DNA of 64,000 bases from NCBI GenBank assembly GCA_011065125.1, contig JAAKFI010000001.1:25964-89963 (forward strand), written 5' to 3'. The translations under genes were made by a program, and so were the position numbers. The notes under the pieces were generated by a model, which worked only from the letters and a program-made list of their open reading frames with translations, did no database searches and was not told the DNA's origin. This DNA comes from Candidatus Anoxychlamydiales bacterium. Lineage in GTDB: Bacteria; Chlamydiota; Chlamydiia; Chlamydiales; SM23-39. Shown here piece after piece: positions 60,349-64,000 of the stretch (position 1 is the first letter of the stretch; the number at the start of each line of letters is the position of its first letter).

Positions 60349-60395
60349 CTCATAATCCGTCGGTCACAGGTTCAAGTCCTCTTTGCCCCATTTTT
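60349..60395 (+). repeat. attR-like direct repeat (displaced, diverged 3' half of tRNA-Met)
   Basis: ctcataatccgtcggtcacaggttcaagtcctctttgccccattttt. No matching tRNA 5' half lies upstream, so this is a fragment and not a second tRNA gene. Confidence 0.8.
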
Positions 60396-60481
60396 CAAAC
60401 AGCTAAAAAAAACAGCTTCTATTTTATTTTTTTTGTGATATTTCATACGTGTCCCCCTTTTGTGGCTTGCAGTGTGTCTCC

Positions 60482-61153
60482 TTAATTAAAATACTTAAAA
60501 CAATTCCCCCCAAAAATACCTAAAGGAATTATAGACAAAGCTCTAAAAAAAGCAGTTCCCTGCGCTTCTATGCCATGCACAGCAAATTTAGCTAAAGTCG
60601 CATCTAAAATACCACCAACTAAAGGTAAGGCCAGACCATAACCAATAGCAGCAACAACTAATCCAGCAAAACTCATCGCAGTAGCCATCACCCTTGGTCT
60701 GTTATTTTCTCCAATTATAGGATAACCAATCACTTGGGCTGCAGAACTAAAACCAAGTAGAAAAAAGAGTAAATATAAAAGACAATATGACAAATGCGGT
60801 GTATATAAAATAACCAGCATAAAAAATAAGCAACAAAAAGCACCTAAAATCATCGGCGGTTTTCTTCTTCGTATTTTATCAGAAATCCAAGCAAAAATAG
60901 GTGCACCGATAATATAGCCGATAAAAAGCATGGAAGTAACCCCTGCTGCTTGTAGATTAGTTAAATGATGCACTTTAGCTAGATAAGAAATGCCAAAAAG
61001 AGCACCCAATACTGAAATCGGCAGGTTAAGAAAACAGATATAAAAACTGCCTAACCAATTTTGTTTTTGTTTTATAATTTCTTTGAGCCCGTCCCAGACC
61101 GAAAGCTTTAGAGCTCTTTTTAAATTTTTTTCTTCATTTAAAAAATTTAATTT
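60482..61153 (-). pseudogene. 5'-truncated MFS transporter gene (C-terminal six-helix half only)
   Basis: The ORF-track protein (175 aa) has MFS C-domain features (ISDKIRRRKPPM loop). The frame stays open upstream to 61153 with no plausible start, and the N-terminal half is absent before the next gene at 61237. Confidence 0.6.
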
Positions 61154-61236
61154 TTAATAAAATTTCAGATATAACATTTTTAAAATCAATCTTATCCTTT
61201 TGAAAAATAGAAATAAAAAAAGTTTCCTAAAGAAAT

Positions 61237-64000
61237 TTATTCCAGAGGTAAGAATTTTTTCTTTTTAGCTGAAAAATAAATTTTTTCAAAAACTTCATAA
61301 CTTGAAAGCGTATCATTGTTTATATATTTTCTATATGATTCACAATCTAATATTATATAACTTTTCCAATGTCTATATGGAAAATAATTTATATCTTGAA
61401 GTCTATATAATATCTCAAAATTATCAATAAATGATGGTTTTTGCAGTGCAATAATAATCGGTGCAATAATAATTGGTTCTTTATAAAATATTGTAAAAGG
61501 AGATCCTCCTAAACTAGAATAAAAGTAGGTACTCCATATTTCTGTAGAAGAATTTACAAATAAAGTTCCTGGTATAAAGGTGGTATTATTTAAAGTTGCG
61601 CTGGACCCTATTTTATTATTTCCTCTTAATGCAGTAAATATTCTAAGGGAACCACCACCATTTCTTCCAACAGTTGACGAGGAAAATATTTTAAAAGCTC
61701 CATCCCCCAAATTTGGAAAAGTTGGAAAATCATTATCTACTACTAAAGTTAAATTTCCAAAGCCATTGTTTATTATTCTACTATGATCATTTAAAATAAT
61801 ATCTTTTCCTGCTTTTATGGTTAAATCATTTGTAGTATTGTTTATTTCAGTAGTATTAGATAAAGATCCTAAAAGAGAAATATTATTTCCCGCTTCTATA
61901 TTTGTTGTTGACGCCCCAGATATAAAAGATTGATTGGCATTTGATGAAGTTATAGAAATATCATTGGAAGCTGTGATATTTAATACACCTATATTTGTTT
62001 GTACATATCCACCATCAGAAATATTTAGATTAGCATTTAAATTTATTGTTGTAGCTGCACTAGATGTATTTAATATTTCGGAAGAAAGATTATTTATTGT
62101 ATCAGCTGTTATGTTCATAATACCGTTTGTTTTTATACTACACATTTTCGAAGCTGCCCCTAACAAATTTATTGTGCTATCGGAATTTATTGTCATGGTA
62201 TCTACTCCAACAATAGTTGCAATATCATTAGTTCCGGAAAAAAGAGAAGCATTTCCATTTAATGTAAGATTAAGATCATAGCCAGATGTATTTGGAAGCC
62301 CAGTTGTTATAATAACTTGATCTCCTGCATTTGAATTCATTAAAAGCTCATCATTTACTGTTACATTGATATTACAAAGAGCCGTTGGGCTATTAGTATT
62401 TACACTTAATGTTCCTATCAATACATCTGCAACATTTCCTGAAGTTCCTGTTAAATTTCCAATCATAGATAAGTCATTTGTAGCTTCAACATTCACTGAA
62501 CTTATTTTAAAGTCAGCGGTATTTGTTGCTCCTGTTATTCGACTCATAAGACCTCCAATAAAAGCAGTAGAATTTCTAGCTCCTGCCATAGAAATAGAGT
62601 CGTTTGCTTTTACTTTTACAATTGATGTAGAATCCACTATTAAAACTTCATTGACAGGGGGAACTCCCCCTAAGGTTACATACGATCCATGAAAGCCAAT
62701 TCCTACTACATTATTAGAAACATCTCCTGCAGAAAGATTATCATTTCCTGTCATTGTAATATTATTTGCTTCAATATTGATTTCACCTTGAAAAGTTATA
62801 GATTGATTAGTCCAAGCTCCACCATGGCCTATCAATGCAAAATTATTATTAGTATTTTTGCTCTCAAGAGATAAATTTCTTGTAATTACACCCGCTATAT
62901 TAGAAGAAGCTCCTCTAATATCACCTGTTATTGTTTGGGTTGATGTAGAACCTCTTTGCCTTAGATGCCCAATTAAAGCAAAGTCATTCGAACTACTTGA
63001 ACTAGCTTGCAATATGGCATCTCTTCCGACAGAATGAATAATAATATTACCGGTATAATTTCCGTTCATAACAACCGCTCCTATGCCAATATGAGCATAG
63101 GTAGTAGCAGCTGTTCCAGCAAGCATCTTTAAGTCTCTTCCTACTGTTAATTCTATATTCGTATTCGGATTTCCTGTTTGATTCCAACCAATAATTGCAG
63201 GAGTAGAAGCCAAACTTCCTCCTTGTAAAATTAAATCTTGATTTGCATTTACAGCTATTGTTCCGCTGAATGTTCCAATTATACTTTCAACAGAACCTGT
63301 GGTGCTAAGAAGTTCAATATTATTAGTTCTTGAAAAAGCTGAAATATTTCCTGAAGTATCATTTAGAATTCTACGCTTAACATTCAGAAGATTATTAGCA
63401 TCTAAAGTTAATTGACTTGATCTTGTCGAAATATTACTTATTGCATTGATATCACCCGCAGCTCCTGTTGTTTGAAAAAGAACAGTACCTGTTAAGCCAC
63501 TTGTAAATGTTAAAGGCTCATTAATTTCAATATTATTAAAAGCAATATAGCTTGCATTCGTAGCATTTTTTACTTCATAGAAATTAGCAGTAGAGGTAAA
63601 TGTTAAAGCTCCGGCTGTTGTTTTTAGAAGTACTATATCAGAGCTCTCTATGTCTAATCCATCAGTTAATGTGAGATCACCTACTGATTCAATAGAAAAA
63701 CTTCCTGTTTGAGTGCTATTAACTAATGATGAATTACTTTCCAAAATAAAAGTTCCAGATGAATTAATATCCACAGTATCAACATCTGTTAAAGTAAATT
63801 TTCTAAGTTGAATATTCCCAATTGAAGTAGTTATATTTAAATTACTAGCATCATCAATAGTGATAGTACCATTACGAACGCTTGAAAGTCGTTCAAAAAT
63901 TATATTTCCTGTAGTAGATGTTATGTTAATTTCATCTACATTTGTCATTACAAAAGGACGCTTAAAATGAACATCATCCACAGCTTGGAGGGTTAATGTT
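61237..64000 (-). CDS. large repetitive beta-helix-like surface protein (adhesin / FHA- or Pmp-like), N-terminus beyond window
   Basis: The frame is open from 64000 with no upstream stop, and the track start at 63981 is only an internal GTG. More than 900 aa are rich in N/S/T/G/I, with degenerate periodic motifs (..NITASNDISITSSN.., FALIGH recurring). Confidence 0.6.
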   Translation of the reverse strand, partial: TLTLQAVDDVHFKRPFVMTNVDEINITSTTGNIIFERLSSVRNGTITIDDASNLNITTSIGNIQLRKFTLTDVDTVDINSSGTFILESNSSLVNSTQTGSFSIESVGDLTLTDGLDIESSDIVLLKTTAGALTFTSTANFYEVKNATNASYIAFNNIEINEPLTFTSGLTGTVLFQTTGAAGDINAISNISTRSSQLTLDANNLLNVKRRILNDTSGNISAFSRTNNIELLSTTGSVESIIGTFSGTIAVNANQDLILQGGSLASTPAIIGWNQTGNPNTNIELTVGRDLKMLAGTAATTYAHIGIGAVVMNGNYTGNIIIHSVGRDAILQASSSSSNDFALIGHLRQRGSTSTQTITGDIRGASSNIAGVITRNLSLESKNTNNNFALIGHGGAWTNQSITFQGEINIEANNITMTGNDNLSAGDVSNNVVGIGFHGSYVTLGGVPPVNEVLIVDSTSIVKVKANDSISMAGARNSTAFIGGLMSRITGATNTADFKISSVNVEATNDLSMIGNLTGTSGNVADVLIGTLSVNTNSPTALCNINVTVNDELLMNSNAGDQVIITTGLPNTSGYDLNLTLNGNASLFSGTNDIATIVGVDTMTINSDSTINLLGAASKMCSIKTNGIMNITADTINNLSSEILNTSSAATTINLNANLNISDGGYVQTNIGVLNITASNDISITSSNANQSFISGASTTNIEAGNNISLLGSLSNTTEINNTTNDLTIKAGKDIILNDHSRIINNGFGNLTLVVDNDFPTFPNLGDGAFKIFSSSTVGRNGGGSLRIFTALRGNNKIGSSATLNNTTFIPGTLFVNSSTEIWSTYFYSSLGGSPFTIFYKEPIIIAPIIIALQKPSFIDNFEILYRLQDINYFPYRHWKSYIILDCESYRKYINNDTLSSYEVFEKIYFSAKKKKFLPLE

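Larger units (their letters stand above)
49604..60395. mobile_element. tRNA-Met-associated genomic island (~10.8 kb) carrying a RiPP cluster; no intact integrase seen
   Basis: An intact tRNA lies at the left end and a displaced partial copy of the tRNA 3' half at the right end. The interior contains an accessory biosynthetic cluster plus IS, intron and toxin-antitoxin debris. Confidence 0.7.

Noticed and set aside
60349-60395. Second tRNA gene at the island's right end
   Set aside because: Only the anticodon-loop-to-3'-end portion is present. The upstream sequence cannot form the acceptor, D or anticodon 5' strands, and the T stem is degraded. I interpreted it as an att-site remnant instead.
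61580-62874. Plus-strand ORFs 61580-61786, 61934-62281, 62366-62692 and 62689-62874
   Set aside because: All are antisense to the long uninterrupted adhesin-like frame.
1-64000. CRISPR arrays, rRNA operons, prophage structural genes
   Set aside because: I found no regularly spaced direct repeats, no rRNA-like conserved stretches, and no capsid, tail or terminase-like ORFs on reading the window.

Overview
Visibly AT-rich bacterial chromosome segment. The core gene order is valS, then a V-type ATPase operon (atpE, DUF2764-like gene, atpA, atpB, atpD, atpI, atpK), tal, and rpoC-rpoB-rplL-rplJ-rplA-rplK-nusG-secE-tRNA-Trp-tuf-tRNA-Thr-infA. This matches the order I remember for Chlamydiaceae, so I read the window as a Chlamydia-like (Chlamydiota) genome. 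Between these blocks sit transport and metabolic genes: an AGCS symporter, an OpuC-type ABC system, class I DAHP synthase, NUDIX, deoC, fumC, sufE, HIT and MYG1. There are also orphan genes with effector-like traits: one with an FFAT-like motif, one with an in-frame tandem repeat, and one Inc-like bilobed membrane protein. The stand-out is a ~10.8 kb island (49604-60395) downstream of an intact tRNA-Met(CAU) gene, bounded by an imperfect 47-bp direct repeat of the tRNA 3' half. The island carries what looks like a complete RiPP cluster, all on the minus strand. It has two paralogous precursor peptides with Nif11/NHLP-like leaders and very short acidic Cys-free cores, a radical SAM/SPASM enzyme, and a translationally coupled SAM methyltransferase. 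It also has the three-gene NHLM-type export set: a HlyD-like adaptor, a C39-peptidase ABC transporter, and a second ABC transporter with a cNMP-binding-like N-terminus. Mobile-DNA debris lies in the same island: a group II intron domain V/VI remnant, a TnpB C-terminal fragment with an IS605-type end hairpin, and a frameshifted AbiEi gene. I saw no rRNA genes or CRISPR arrays. The window starts inside an alpha/beta-hydrolase gene and ends inside a large repetitive adhesin-like gene.
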